Source of the DNA: a virus
Taxonomy: Duplodnaviria > Caudoviricetes
Length of the DNA: 64,000 nucleotides
Virus record (IMG/VR): IMGVR_UViG_3300037484_000235
Coordinates: 96,001-160,000 of that record
Strand: one strand, 5' to 3'
The first letter of the stretch is position 1. Every line of letters starts with the position of its first letter. Positions 1 to 8,740 of the stretch are shown here, piece after piece. Made by a program: the position numbers and the translations under genes. The notes below the pieces were generated by a model, which was not told where the DNA came from, made no database searches, and worked only from the letters and a program-made list of their open reading frames with translations.

Positions 1-34
1 GGCAGAGCCCCTGGGAAAGACTGCGGCGAAGGAA

Positions 35-307
35 ATGGATGACGCGGAGTTCCAGAAGCTCATCAAGAAGATCGCGAAGTTGACAGACGAGAATGCCCAC
101 ATGGAAGCACTACAAATTCTCGCCGAGTCGTTCTTCTCGAAGAAGTTGGTGGGTGCCATGGATGCAATCAAGACCCTCCACGATTTCTTCGGGGACATTC
201 CCTCAGGACTTCGCAAGGTTATCAATGAGCTGACCGATGGTATGTGGAGTGATCTAAAGCTCCGGCTTCCACCGGAACAGTATGCAGCTCTCCACGGAGT
301 GTTCTGA
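35..307 (+). CDS. hypothetical protein
   Basis: 90-aa ORF with protein-like helical composition, abutting the next gene. Confidence 0.6.
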   Translation: MDDAEFQKLIKKIAKLTDENAHMEALQILAESFFSKKLVGAMDAIKTLHDFFGDIPSGLRKVINELTDGMWSDLKLRLPPEQYAALHGVF

Positions 308-308
308 G

Positions 309-1184
309 ATGAAAGTCGACCTGAGCAAGCTGGTCAGGGATTTTGTCCAAGACGGTATCTTCCCTGCGGACGTGAATCTACCGGCTTCCAGACAGAGATT
401 GGGACTCTCGGTTGACTTCGTCAATTCGGAGTCAGAGCTTCGAAAAGAGCTGTTCAACTCTGACGGATCAACCAATTTCGTTGGGATTTGGACGTTTCCA
501 GATCACATGGACAAGAACAGTGGTGGAGGGATAACTACTGATGATTGGTCCAGATCCCTCATCAACAAGTTCCTGAGGAGATTCCCTGGAACAGAAACGC
601 TATTGGCTAAGGAGTTCACTGAGAAAGTGCGCCAACAGTGGGGCTTTCACATTCAGCACGAGGTTGAGGATTGGTTCAGGACTCAAACAGAGAAGCCGTT
701 CAGTCAACTGGTGGGTTATCGGGAGTCCCAGGAATGGATCCCTACCACTCTCGTTAGAGTCTTGTCCTCAATCGTCGGTGACAACCCCTCATGGACCAGG
801 AACAACGGCCTGGTGATGCCTTTCCGTGTGAAGGCCATAATCCAGGCCACCAAGAAGAAGCCAGTGGGCCACTCTGTCGGGCCATTTTCCAACATGTCTG
901 ATCAGGAGTTGAATGTGTGGATCCTCGTGTGGAAAGAGGATGCTCCAGAGAACTTCTGGATGGACGGAGAGCTTCGTTTGACACTGAACCATGCCATTGC
1001 ATTCTACCGGAAACAGTGGCGTGCGAAGACTCCCAGAGAGCAGACAAACCTTCTAGAGTCACTCATGTCGTCGGGTCACCGTGTGGCGTCCCCCAAGAGA
1101 GTCGCCACACGGTTTGAGACAACGCGGGAGCCGGGGGTCAGTCGATCACATCTTCCTTACGAAGGAACTCTCGGATCTTCGTGA
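309..1184 (+). CDS. hypothetical protein, C-terminal RVATRF motif
   Basis: Long ORF; ATG at 309 directly after the upstream stop. Confidence 0.7.
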   Translation: MKVDLSKLVRDFVQDGIFPADVNLPASRQRLGLSVDFVNSESELRKELFNSDGSTNFVGIWTFPDHMDKNSGGGITTDDWSRSLINKFLRRFPGTETLLAKEFTEKVRQQWGFHIQHEVEDWFRTQTEKPFSQLVGYRESQEWIPTTLVRVLSSIVGDNPSWTRNNGLVMPFRVKAIIQATKKKPVGHSVGPFSNMSDQELNVWILVWKEDAPENFWMDGELRLTLNHAIAFYRKQWRAKTPREQTNLLESLMSSGHRVASPKRVATRFETTREPGVSRSHLPYEGTLGSS

Positions 1185-2418
1185 GCATCACGGCCATCTG
1201 ACTGCGGGATACCCCAGCCTGAGCCGCCAGACCAGTCCGCTTCTCCCCGTCAAGGGCAGCATCGAACAGGGCCATATATTTGGCCCCATTTCCCATCTTG
1301 CGGAGAATCAGACTGCGAGCATTCTCGATGGTTTCGGCGGAGATGATCTTGTCTTCCGCACTCTGGAGATTGGGATTGTAGAGTTCACCCACGAATTCGC
1401 CATCCTCGATCTCGTACCGACGCTCGATGACGCTGTCCACCGAGTGAATGACCACCGTGGGGAGCTTCCCTGCGTCAGCCATACGATCGCGATTGGTCTT
1501 GGCACCTCGTGAGGTTCGCAGACTAGCGTCCACACCCCAGCTACGCATCTCAGTGCAGGCAGAGTGATATGCCCAAACACGGAGCACGCCAATCTGGACC
1601 TTCTTGCCAGCCATCAGGTAGGGGGCGAGAGTGTCCCGCTCGATGAGCCGAAGGAGAAACACCTGAACGTGGTCCTTGATCACTCCCATTCGACGTGACA
1701 TTTCAAGCTTGCAGATCAGGTGCTGGACCAGGATGGGACCCAGATCATGGTGTTCGGCGATCCACCTGGAGGTAAGGTTTCTACGGTCGATTGCCTTGAA
1801 GACTGCCTTCCCCAAGTCACTCTGCACGTACTTGCTCAGGCCGTAGCCCTCGTCAGAAAATCCAGCGAGAAACTCTTGATCCTCCCGGAGGAAATCCGTA
1901 AGAGCCGATCGAACTGTGACCTCAGGATCCTTTGGATCCACCACGATTGCAGTGGTGGGAAGGGACATCTCAGGAACGACAGGTGCCGTTTCAGCCTGAA
2001 TGGGGGTGGGGGCGGTGACAGTCTTGGTGACCTTGGGCTCCCGAGGTGCCTTGGGGGCAGCCTTCCGTGTTCCCTTCAGGGCTGGGAACTTCGTCTCCCA
2101 ATCTGTCAGGGTGTCCCACCCAAGAGCCGTCAGCTTCGTTGCTGGGCTACCGACGAGAATCCCCATCTTTCGGAGATCTTGGGCGGCATTGCTCACCGCG
2201 TGAAGCACAGAGGGACGCCCGTTTCGGGTGCCCATGCAATCGATCGAGAGACCCTCAGCGGCTAGCACGCGCGCTGAGTACACTGCGTAGAGATGAACAG
2301 CCTCCTTGTCTCCCTTGCTGAGTTCCGCCAGAGCGGTACAGATTGGCCTGAGCAGGTCTGCGCTCAGGACTGTCTTCGTTACGACCCCCGAAAATGAGGA
2401 ATTCCCACGCTGTGACAT
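1138..2418 (-). CDS. sigma-70-like/HTH transcription factor with extra N-terminal domain
   Basis: C-terminal region-4-like HTH (YMALFDAALDGEKRTGLAAQAGVSRSQMAVMLTKIREFL); region-2-like LRVWAYHSACTEMR. Confidence 0.55.
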   Translation of the reverse strand: MSQRGNSSFSGVVTKTVLSADLLRPICTALAELSKGDKEAVHLYAVYSARVLAAEGLSIDCMGTRNGRPSVLHAVSNAAQDLRKMGILVGSPATKLTALGWDTLTDWETKFPALKGTRKAAPKAPREPKVTKTVTAPTPIQAETAPVVPEMSLPTTAIVVDPKDPEVTVRSALTDFLREDQEFLAGFSDEGYGLSKYVQSDLGKAVFKAIDRRNLTSRWIAEHHDLGPILVQHLICKLEMSRRMGVIKDHVQVFLLRLIERDTLAPYLMAGKKVQIGVLRVWAYHSACTEMRSWGVDASLRTSRGAKTNRDRMADAGKLPTVVIHSVDSVIERRYEIEDGEFVGELYNPNLQSAEDKIISAETIENARSLILRKMGNGAKYMALFDAALDGEKRTGLAAQAGVSRSQMAVMLTKIREFLRKEDVID

Positions 2419-2587
2419 TTTGAATCTCCGGTTTGGACCCTGAAGTCGAAGACTTACGGGTTAGGTTGGTGACCCACTCGCGTGGGCTGCCGGATGTATA
2501 CACGAGCCCCCAGGGGGAAGTAAAGGAGAAAGTTCGCCCCCCATGTCGATTTTTTTCACCCTATGAACCCAACACTTTCGGAACCCC

Positions 2588-4228
2588 ATGATGCACAATC
2601 TGAAAATCGCCGGTACCTGGGACGAGATGGACGTTGTGGCTCGGGCACAATTCTTCGAAGGCTACCTGCATGTACGCCCATTTGGCCTGATTCGAGGCGC
2701 CAAGGGCAAGACCCAGCTCCTGAGGATGATTGAGAAGTCGCTTCAAGAGGTGGGTGGGACCCCCAATCCGGAGTGGACCTCCAAGCTCGACACCAAGTTG
2801 TACAGGGCCGTGTTCAACTCCGTCAATAAGGTCATCCGGTCTCAGGGCGGAGAACGCTCAATGGAGTCGACGGACGTCCTTCAGAACATGATGGGCCTGA
2901 GCGGTTGGGAGGACGAAGAAGGTGAGACGATTGAGATGGGTGGCAAGTCTCCCTTCTGGCTGGCTGGGAAGTACATCTCGGAGCACAGCCCTGAGAATCT
3001 CTTGTCCGGGAAGATGACACCTAATGATGCGGCTGGTCTTGCGATCAAGATTGCATACCGTCGGGCATTGGATGTGGTCCGTCAAGAATCGGACCGCACT
3101 AAGAAGCGTCAGGAGAATGAGGAGACGATCCTCGATGAGACTACTGGCCTTTCGGATTCGGATGATGATGACTGGAGTCAGGTCGTCAATGCCATCTTTG
3201 CAAATCCGGACAATCAGATTTCCAAGCGCTTCTTCACTTGGCTCACGAACAAAATTTCAGTGATCATGCGTCGGGGTGAAGGTGCACGACTCATCACTCA
3301 GTACCTTGAGCTATTGAAGGCTGGGGTCGTGAAGACGGATACCGAAGCCGCAGAGGCCCTGGGGACATCTTCGTCTGGGATTTCCAACACCAAGAAGGTG
3401 TTCACCGAATCCATGATGGTGTACCTCAAGAACAATCCACAGGCTCGGGAAGAGCTAGAAGATATGTTCTCGGATGCGCAGTTCTTCAGTAAGCTCTTCC
3501 GTGGAGATGTTGGGTACAATCCAGCCAACTCCGCTCGAAGGTTCGAGCATCGGATGGCCAAGAAGATTGCAGCCAGGTATATGGCGCAGCTTGCTGAAAA
3601 GACCGCAGCGGACAGCTTCGAGCTGGTGTACTCAACCGGCGGCCATGGGGGTCCCTACCACAGTGAGAAGGAAGCCAAGGACCGAGCCGAGAAACTCCTT
3701 AAGGGTGGCCAGGACCGATGGATTGCGGTAGTCCCAGCAGCGCAAGTCACGAACTTGACCAAGGCCAAGGCGGCGTGGATTCTCTATCGTGACAAGGGAT
3801 GGAAGAAGGGCCCAGATCAACTTCCAAATGTGTCCTCACGGGACCACAACCGAGAGCAGGATTTGAAGTCGGCTTCCCAGAATTTCACACAGCACACAGG
3901 GAAGGTCTACAAGTTCAATAGGGATGTCAGACTCAAGGATACATCTACCATCCCCAAGGGCTGGGAAGTCACTGTCGAGTATGATGGTCGTTCGACAGAC
4001 ATTGCTTTGGTCTCAACTGTGGTCCCTTTCCTGGCGTCTCCCGTGAGGATGAAGATCACCACGCTCTCTAAGGTGCTCGATGGGTATCCAAAGATGCCAA
4101 GCGTATCTGCGTTGGAGAAGATGTCCATGAAGGGAACGGCAACGACCCCCTCAGGAAAGCGCACGGATCCGGATGGATTTGCGGACGACGGCTCGCCCAG
4201 CTGGCTTCTCGTTGCTGGCGTAATCTGA
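2588..4228 (+). CDS. multidomain protein with sigma-like core and appended small domains
   Basis: AIKIAYRRALDVVRQE and TDTEAAEALGTSSSGISNTKK resemble sigma regions 2/4; KKIAARY..EKTAA linker; C-terminal PDG..SPSWLL domain. Confidence 0.5.
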   Translation: MMHNLKIAGTWDEMDVVARAQFFEGYLHVRPFGLIRGAKGKTQLLRMIEKSLQEVGGTPNPEWTSKLDTKLYRAVFNSVNKVIRSQGGERSMESTDVLQNMMGLSGWEDEEGETIEMGGKSPFWLAGKYISEHSPENLLSGKMTPNDAAGLAIKIAYRRALDVVRQESDRTKKRQENEETILDETTGLSDSDDDDWSQVVNAIFANPDNQISKRFFTWLTNKISVIMRRGEGARLITQYLELLKAGVVKTDTEAAEALGTSSSGISNTKKVFTESMMVYLKNNPQAREELEDMFSDAQFFSKLFRGDVGYNPANSARRFEHRMAKKIAARYMAQLAEKTAADSFELVYSTGGHGGPYHSEKEAKDRAEKLLKGGQDRWIAVVPAAQVTNLTKAKAAWILYRDKGWKKGPDQLPNVSSRDHNREQDLKSASQNFTQHTGKVYKFNRDVRLKDTSTIPKGWEVTVEYDGRSTDIALVSTVVPFLASPVRMKITTLSKVLDGYPKMPSVSALEKMSMKGTATTPSGKRTDPDGFADDGSPSWLLVAGVI

Positions 4229-4233
4229 TCCGT

Positions 4234-4704
4234 ATGCAGCCAAGTGCACGGCGCGTAGCAGCCCGTCACCTGGCTGCTGAGGCAGAGGATGCGGAGCAGT
4301 TCCTGGAGGGATTTCTCCGTAGGCACCCTGTGATGCGCACCCTTGTGCCAAAGAGGGTACGGAACAAGATGCCAACATCGAGCCATCATCACCCAGAAGC
4401 GTCTCAGGAGGGTTTGGAGATCTGGCTCTTCCCGAAGTTCTGGGCCCTGGACAAATCCACCAGAGACTTCGTGATGGCCCATGAAATAGGCCACTTTGTC
4501 CTTTCTGAAAGAGGCGGCCTCATCAAGTTGGTCCCAACAGGGGCCGACCTCGGTCTAGATCTGTGGGACACGTCATCCCTTCCATTTGGTCAGGAAAACA
4601 TGGAAGAGGCATTTGCAGACTCTTTCGCGACGTACTACCTAGCTCGACAGGAACTCGCGCGGCGGTACCCTTTGTGGGTGAAACTCATTGAGGCCACGGT
4701 CTGA
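4234..4704 (+). CDS. zincin-like metallopeptidase (HExxH)
   Basis: MAHEIGH plus downstream EEAFADSFATYY. Confidence 0.7.
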   Translation: MQPSARRVAARHLAAEAEDAEQFLEGFLRRHPVMRTLVPKRVRNKMPTSSHHHPEASQEGLEIWLFPKFWALDKSTRDFVMAHEIGHFVLSERGGLIKLVPTGADLGLDLWDTSSLPFGQENMEEAFADSFATYYLARQELARRYPLWVKLIEATV

Positions 4705-5459
4705 GGATGCCCCCGGCTGCTCGTAAGGCACCCAGATAGGCGGTCAGACGAGCTTGGACCACCAAGCAGTACCCATACGGATCGTCTACGGTTCTGGAGG
4801 CCCCTAGGGGCTCAGACGAATTTCGCACAAATTTCTGGACAGGTGCCGAAAGCTCCCGTATACAGGCATCGGTTCTCTCACCTGACTTCGCCCAACAGGG
4901 GGTTGCCAGGTAGCGAAATTCCCTCCCGGCTGGATCTTCCCCTTGATTTATCAAGGAAACGAATAGCCCGGGGTCAGATGAGCACCCTTCCAACAGGGAC
5001 TCTATGGGGTTCGGACCCGAAAGGGTTGCAGAGGTCAGTACCAATCCTGACCAGGGCGCTGCCGATAGAGCTTCCCGTCTGAGAAATCGTTCTCCAGGGG
5101 ATCACCACAAAGGACCCGTGACGAGATGGCCTACGTAAGAGGCCCTCAGAGGTAGTCCCTCTGGTTCTTCGGGACAGACCTGTCGCAGCTGTCAACCTCC
5201 CACTCCTGTTGGTGGTCCAACTCCCCTGAAAAGGAGAACAGACCAGAAGGAAAAGGGTCTTACCGTAAGGAAGACCCAGAAGGGAAGAAAGGTAGATAGT
5301 TGATCGTGTTAAGCCACTATGTGAATCCTGATTCGAATCCACATACCTACTCATATACCTCTTCCTCTTGTAGTAGCCACACACGCAACACGCCTTCAAC
5401 AAGCTGCATTCATCACACGTGGGATTCGAATAGCCTGTTAGTAGAGTCCTGTTAGCAGA

Positions 5460-5786
5460 ATGAGCCCTTACCGGTCGAACATCTCGTTTCTCAGACTGGC
5501 TACAGACTGCTGGGAGATCCTGCAAGAGAACAGGGAAGCCTCATTTCCTCATGGGAGTCGAGCAGCACCCTCACGAGTGGTCTTCGTGTTTCCCAGATTT
5601 GACATGGGGTACCCATGGGATTTCTGGGATCAAGTGATCGTACCAGTCCTCACGGCGCTGAAAGCGGATACACCTCCCTACTTGGGTGGGTGGGGTAACC
5701 CAGACAGTAAGACCCTCGTGGAAGCCGCACTCCTGTCAGCGATCGATTCTTCGACCTGGTCTGCCAAGGTAGACCGCACTTCTTGA
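5460..5786 (+). CDS. hypothetical protein
   Basis: 108-aa ORF, plausible composition. Confidence 0.5.
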   Translation: MSPYRSNISFLRLATDCWEILQENREASFPHGSRAAPSRVVFVFPRFDMGYPWDFWDQVIVPVLTALKADTPPYLGGWGNPDSKTLVEAALLSAIDSSTWSAKVDRTS

Positions 5787-5975
5787 GGTTTTTCAGAAAT
5801 CGTAGAGCAGATCGTGAAAGGGTACGGACCTCGTCCGTTAGCTAAATGAAGGAGAGAAGTAGCCCACTTTTACGAGGGGTGCACTTTTTCTCGAATAGTT
5901 CGGACAGAAGAGTGTAAGGTAGATGCGGGTCGAATCCCCCGCGAGAATCCACGGGCCGAAAAAAGATCGCACCTC

Positions 5976-6188
5976 ATGTCGATTTTTCTGGACAGCCCTC
6001 AAGAAGTCATCCAAGCTCCCATCCAGGTCAGAACAGCTACCGCAGCAGACGCCATGAAACCATCGTTCCAAATAAAGCCCACGCATTCGTATCCAGCGAC
6101 CTCGCTGAATACAATGGTGTGGTGCGCCTTGTCCGCAGAAGGATTCTCAGATAGCATTGAGAACCTCCGTCAGGGTACCACCGGGTGA
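5976..6188 (+). CDS. small hypothetical protein
   Basis: 70-aa ORF followed by a terminator; could be spurious. Confidence 0.3.
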   Translation: MSIFLDSPQEVIQAPIQVRTATAADAMKPSFQIKPTHSYPATSLNTMVWCALSAEGFSDSIENLRQGTTG

Positions 6189-6220
6189 ACTAGAACTACA
6201 TCTACCATAGATGAGAACTA

Positions 6221-6251
6221 GGCCACCCAGCGGAAGCAGGGTGGCCTTTTT
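6221..6251 (+). terminator. rho-independent terminator
   Basis: GGCCACCC-loop-GGGTGGCC followed by TTTTT. Confidence 0.75.
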
Positions 6252-6335
6252 CGTTCCATGGGTCGAAAATCAAATCTCTCCGAATCGTGTAAAGGGTCTA
6301 CAGCCAATCGTTACCAAGCAGAAGTTCAACTCCAT

Positions 6336-6420
6336 GGATCAGACGTAGCACTGGGAGCTACACCGGCCTGTAACACCGGCGCCTTCGGGCAAGTAGGTTC
6401 GATTCCTACCTGATCCACCA
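6336..6420 (+). tRNA. tRNA-Tyr(GTA)
   Basis: ggatcag/ctgatcc acceptor, ccggc-ctGTAac-accgg, long variable arm, CCA. Confidence 0.9.
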
Positions 6421-6506
6421 ACCACTACAACCCACGTTCCCTACAGAAATACGAGGCATCGATGATCAGCGACATTCCAAAAACCAGCGGTTCCGTGTTT
6501 CTATAC

Positions 6507-6581
6507 GGGATCGTAGCTCAGCGGTAGAGCAGACGGCTTTTAACCGTACGGTCGAGGGTTCAATCCCCTCCGATCCCACCA
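6507..6581 (+). tRNA. tRNA-Lys(TTT)
   Basis: cloverleaf, ctTTTaa loop, CCA. Confidence 0.9.
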
Positions 6582-6604
6582 GGAGATGTCAGGTTCACGT
6601 TCAT

Positions 6605-6680
6605 GCTGCGGTAGCTCAGCTGGAAGAGCATTCGGCCCTTACCCGAAACGTCATGGGTTCGACCCCCATCCGCAGCACCA
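6605..6680 (+). tRNA. tRNA-Lys(CTT), C33
   Basis: ttcgg-ccCTTac-ccgaa, CCA. Confidence 0.8.
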
Positions 6681-6706
6681 AGCTCTAGTTCGGTTCGTGT
6701 TTCGAT

Positions 6707-6777
6707 TCGGGAATCGTCCAATGGCAGGACAGCGGCCTCTGACGCCGTGAATAGGAGTTCGACTCTCTTTTCCCGAA
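6707..6777 (+). tRNA. tRNA-Gln(CTG)
   Basis: gcggc-ctCTGac-gccgt; no encoded CCA. Confidence 0.85.
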
Positions 6778-6904
6778 CTGCTGACTGGGTCTCTGACAAC
6801 TGAATAGGATTCCTTCAGGCGGTCCACCGAGGCCGCAGGATCAGGACTCGTCCGAGCGTTCAAGCCATCTTCATGGCGCGCTCGGACGAGGGCCTGTCCA
6901 CTTT

Positions 6905-6980
6905 TCCAGGGTAGCTCAGTGGAAGTAGCGTCCGGCTGTTAACCGGATGGTCGCAGGTTCGATCCCTGCCCCTGGAGCCA
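6905..6980 (+). tRNA. tRNA-Asn(GTT)
   Basis: tccgg-ctGTTaa-ccgga, CCA. Confidence 0.9.
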
Positions 6981-7053
6981 AGACGAATGCTCGGTCGGGA
7001 GTACATCAATCTTCGATACCCCCTCTCGGCCACTAAAATTGTCGTCTGTCTTT

Positions 7054-7122
7054 AGGTCGGATGCCGTGGCGGCAAACGAGATTCCAACACTCGTGGACAG
7101 GGTTCGATTCCTTGCCGACCTG
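7054..7122 (+). tRNA. tRNA-Trp(CCA), atypical
   Basis: aggtcgg/ccgacct acceptor, short D arm, loop ttCCAac. Confidence 0.7.
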
Positions 7123-7286
7123 CCGCGTGGTGACCGAAAGGGACTCTTACCGGGGTCTCGGCTTTGGTTGCTCGTAGGGCGAATGCCGCTGAGAACTACA
7201 TTCTCCAAATCAGAAGGGCTTGCCGGAAGGCTGGCTCGGGTCGTCGCAAGACGGCCACTGTTTTCAGCACTCTTGTCGCTCGAAAT

Positions 7287-7360
7287 GCCTCATGATGCGC
7301 TTGGAGCGCAGCCTCTCTGTCTAAGAGGTGAAGCCGGTTCGATTCCGACATGGGGCGCCA
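7287..7360 (+). tRNA. tRNA-Asp(GTC)
   Basis: cctct-ctGTCta-agagg, CCA. Confidence 0.85.
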
Positions 7361-7516
7361 AGATTTCGTCGGACGCCAATCCGATTGGGCCTTAGACCAC
7401 GACCCTTGGCGGGGTGAAACAGCACGCAGGGCTCACTGCCCTGTTGTCCGAGATGGTCGCTCGGTGGTTGGGTGTAACAGCCCGCGCCATGATGTAAAGG
7501 GCCCGAGATCTTGACT

Positions 7517-7592
7517 GCCATCCAAGCTAATCTGGTGAAAGCGCCGGTCTGAAGAATCGGAGAGCCTGGATCAAAACCAGGGGATGGCACCA
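7517..7592 (+). tRNA. tRNA-Phe(GAA)
   Basis: ccggt-ctGAAga-atcgg; T loop ATCAAAA atypical; CCA. Confidence 0.8.
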
Positions 7593-7679
7593 TGCGTTGG
7601 TCGTCTAAATGCCGTAAAGACGCTAGGCACTGATCCGGATCGGTGCCTGGAAATGCAGTCTCGCAAACTGCACGACGCA
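7593..7679 (+). ncRNA. tRNA-like RNA with closed, extended anticodon arm
   Basis: tgcgttg/cgacgca acceptor; D-like and T-like arms; middle arm ctaggcactgatc/gatcggtgcctgg. Confidence 0.6.
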
Positions 7680-7685
7680 GAAAAT

Positions 7686-7760
7686 GTCCTGTTCGGCTAA
7701 CGGAAGGCCCTCTGACCCTCAATCAGATGACGGTGGGTTCAACTCCCCCATGGGACGCCA
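7686..7760 (+). tRNA. tRNA-Glu(CTC), C33
   Basis: tctga-ccCTCaa-tcaga, CCA. Confidence 0.85.
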
Positions 7761-7762
7761 AT

Positions 7763-7837
7763 GCACTCGTAGCTCAGTGGAAGAGCTTCCGGCTTCGAAC
7801 CGGATGGCCGGGGGTTCAAATCCCTCCGGGTGCGCCA
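7763..7837 (+). tRNA. tRNA-Arg(TCG)
   Basis: tccgg-ctTCGaa-ccgga, CCA. Confidence 0.9.
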
Positions 7838-7849
7838 GTAGTGATCGAT

Positions 7850-7922
7850 GTCTTTGTAGCTCAGTGGATAGAGCAGGCGTTTCCTAAACGCAAGATCGGA
7901 GGTTCGATCCCTCCCAAAGACG
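7850..7922 (+). tRNA. tRNA-Arg(CCT)
   Basis: gcgt-ttCCTaa-acgc. Confidence 0.85.
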
Positions 7923-7925
7923 CTA

Positions 7926-8057
7926 GGGCAGATGCGGTGAGGACTACATAACAGGAACTCGGGGTCGCTGGTTCAAGTCCAGCCTGCCATCCTGGATGGC
8001 AGTAGCTCAGTCTGGTAGAGCACGAGTAAAAACCAATCTTCGCTAACCTTGCTGCCC
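7926..8057 (+). ncRNA. YrlA-type Y RNA (circularly permuted tRNA mimic)
   Basis: order: T arm (gctgg-TTCAAGT-ccagc), hairpin-closed acceptor (ctgccat/atggcag), D arm (gctc-agtctggta-gagc); actcg/cgagt stem leads to outer gggcag/ctgccc stem. Confidence 0.85.
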
Positions 8058-8066
8058 GAACTTTAT

Positions 8067-8142
8067 GGTGGCTGTAGCACAACGGTAGTGCGCCCGGCTG
8101 TGAACCGGGTTACGGAGGGTTCAACTCCCCCCAGTCACCCCA
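8067..8142 (+). tRNA. tRNA-His(GTG)
   Basis: cccgg-ctGTGaa-ccggg, G-1, CCA. Confidence 0.9.
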
Positions 8143-8149
8143 GATGTAT

Positions 8150-8224
8150 TGGCTCGTAGCTCAACGGGAGAGCACCCGGCTGATAACCGGGAGGTCGTGG
8201 GTTCGACTCCCACTGGGCCAACCA
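8150..8224 (+). tRNA. tRNA-Ile(GAT)
   Basis: cccgg-ctGATaa-ccggg, CCA. Confidence 0.9.
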
Positions 8225-8233
8225 GTTCGTTTG

Positions 8234-8306
8234 TGCGATGCGGCGGGGACGCCGTCCAGGCCTCATAAGCCAGGAATGCCAGGTTCAACTCCTGGGATCG
8301 CAACCA
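8234..8306 (+). tRNA. tRNA(CAT), atypical D arm
   Basis: ggc-ctCATaa-gcc, T arm, CCA. Confidence 0.7.
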
Positions 8307-8312
8307 AGTGAT

Positions 8313-8387
8313 TGCCCTGTAGCTCAACGGAAGAGCGCTGTCTCGACAAGGCAGAGGCCGTGGGTTCAACTCCCACTAGGGCAACCA
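8313..8387 (+). tRNA. tRNA-Val(GAC), C33
   Basis: ctgtc-tcGACaa-ggcag, CCA. Confidence 0.85.
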
Positions 8388-8391
8388 ACGA

Positions 8392-8462
8392 TGTTCTGTC
8401 TAGTTGGAAGGGGGCCCTAATCGCGAGGGGCCGCGCAGGTTCAAGTCCTGCCAGAGCAGCCA
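8392..8462 (+). ncRNA. degenerate tRNA-like RNA
   Basis: tgttctg/cagagca acceptor, intact T arm and CCA; no D stem, non-canonical anticodon loop. Confidence 0.5.
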
Positions 8463-8528
8463 AGCTCGCCTACCATGTGTGGGTGGAGTAACGGGGTCGT
8501 GTCCTCACGGGGACGGCCCCAGCTTTAT

Positions 8529-8603
8529 CGCGGGATGGAGAAGTGGTATCTCGTCGGGCTCATAACCCGGAGAACGCCGGTTCAAATCCGGCTCCCGCAA
8601 CCA
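8529..8603 (+). tRNA. initiator tRNA-fMet(CAT)
   Basis: C1:A72 mismatch, GGG/CCC anticodon stem, CCA. Confidence 0.9.
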
Positions 8604-8606
8604 AAT

Positions 8607-8683
8607 GGGGTCGTAGCTCAGTTGGGAGAAGCGCCTGCATCGCAAGCAGGAGGTCGTGAGTTCAAATCTCACCGATTCCACCA
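8607..8683 (+). tRNA. tRNA-Ala(CGC)
   Basis: G3:U70, cctgc-atCGCaa-gcagg, CCA. Confidence 0.9.
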
Positions 8684-8740
8684 TGTTTTAATAGTGGTTG
8701 ACTTACCATACTGAATGGTTCAACCTTCACCGTATCCACC

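Noticed and set aside
6605-6680. Ochre/amber suppressor tRNA or alternative genetic code
   Set aside because: TTA in the loop cccttac is off-register and the centred anticodon is CTT; long genes are intact in code 11 and end in TAA, TAG and TGA
7039-7395. tmRNA tag suggested by the VAANE peptide
   Set aside because: The sequence is the tRNA-Trp cloverleaf; the frame has no tag-like stop
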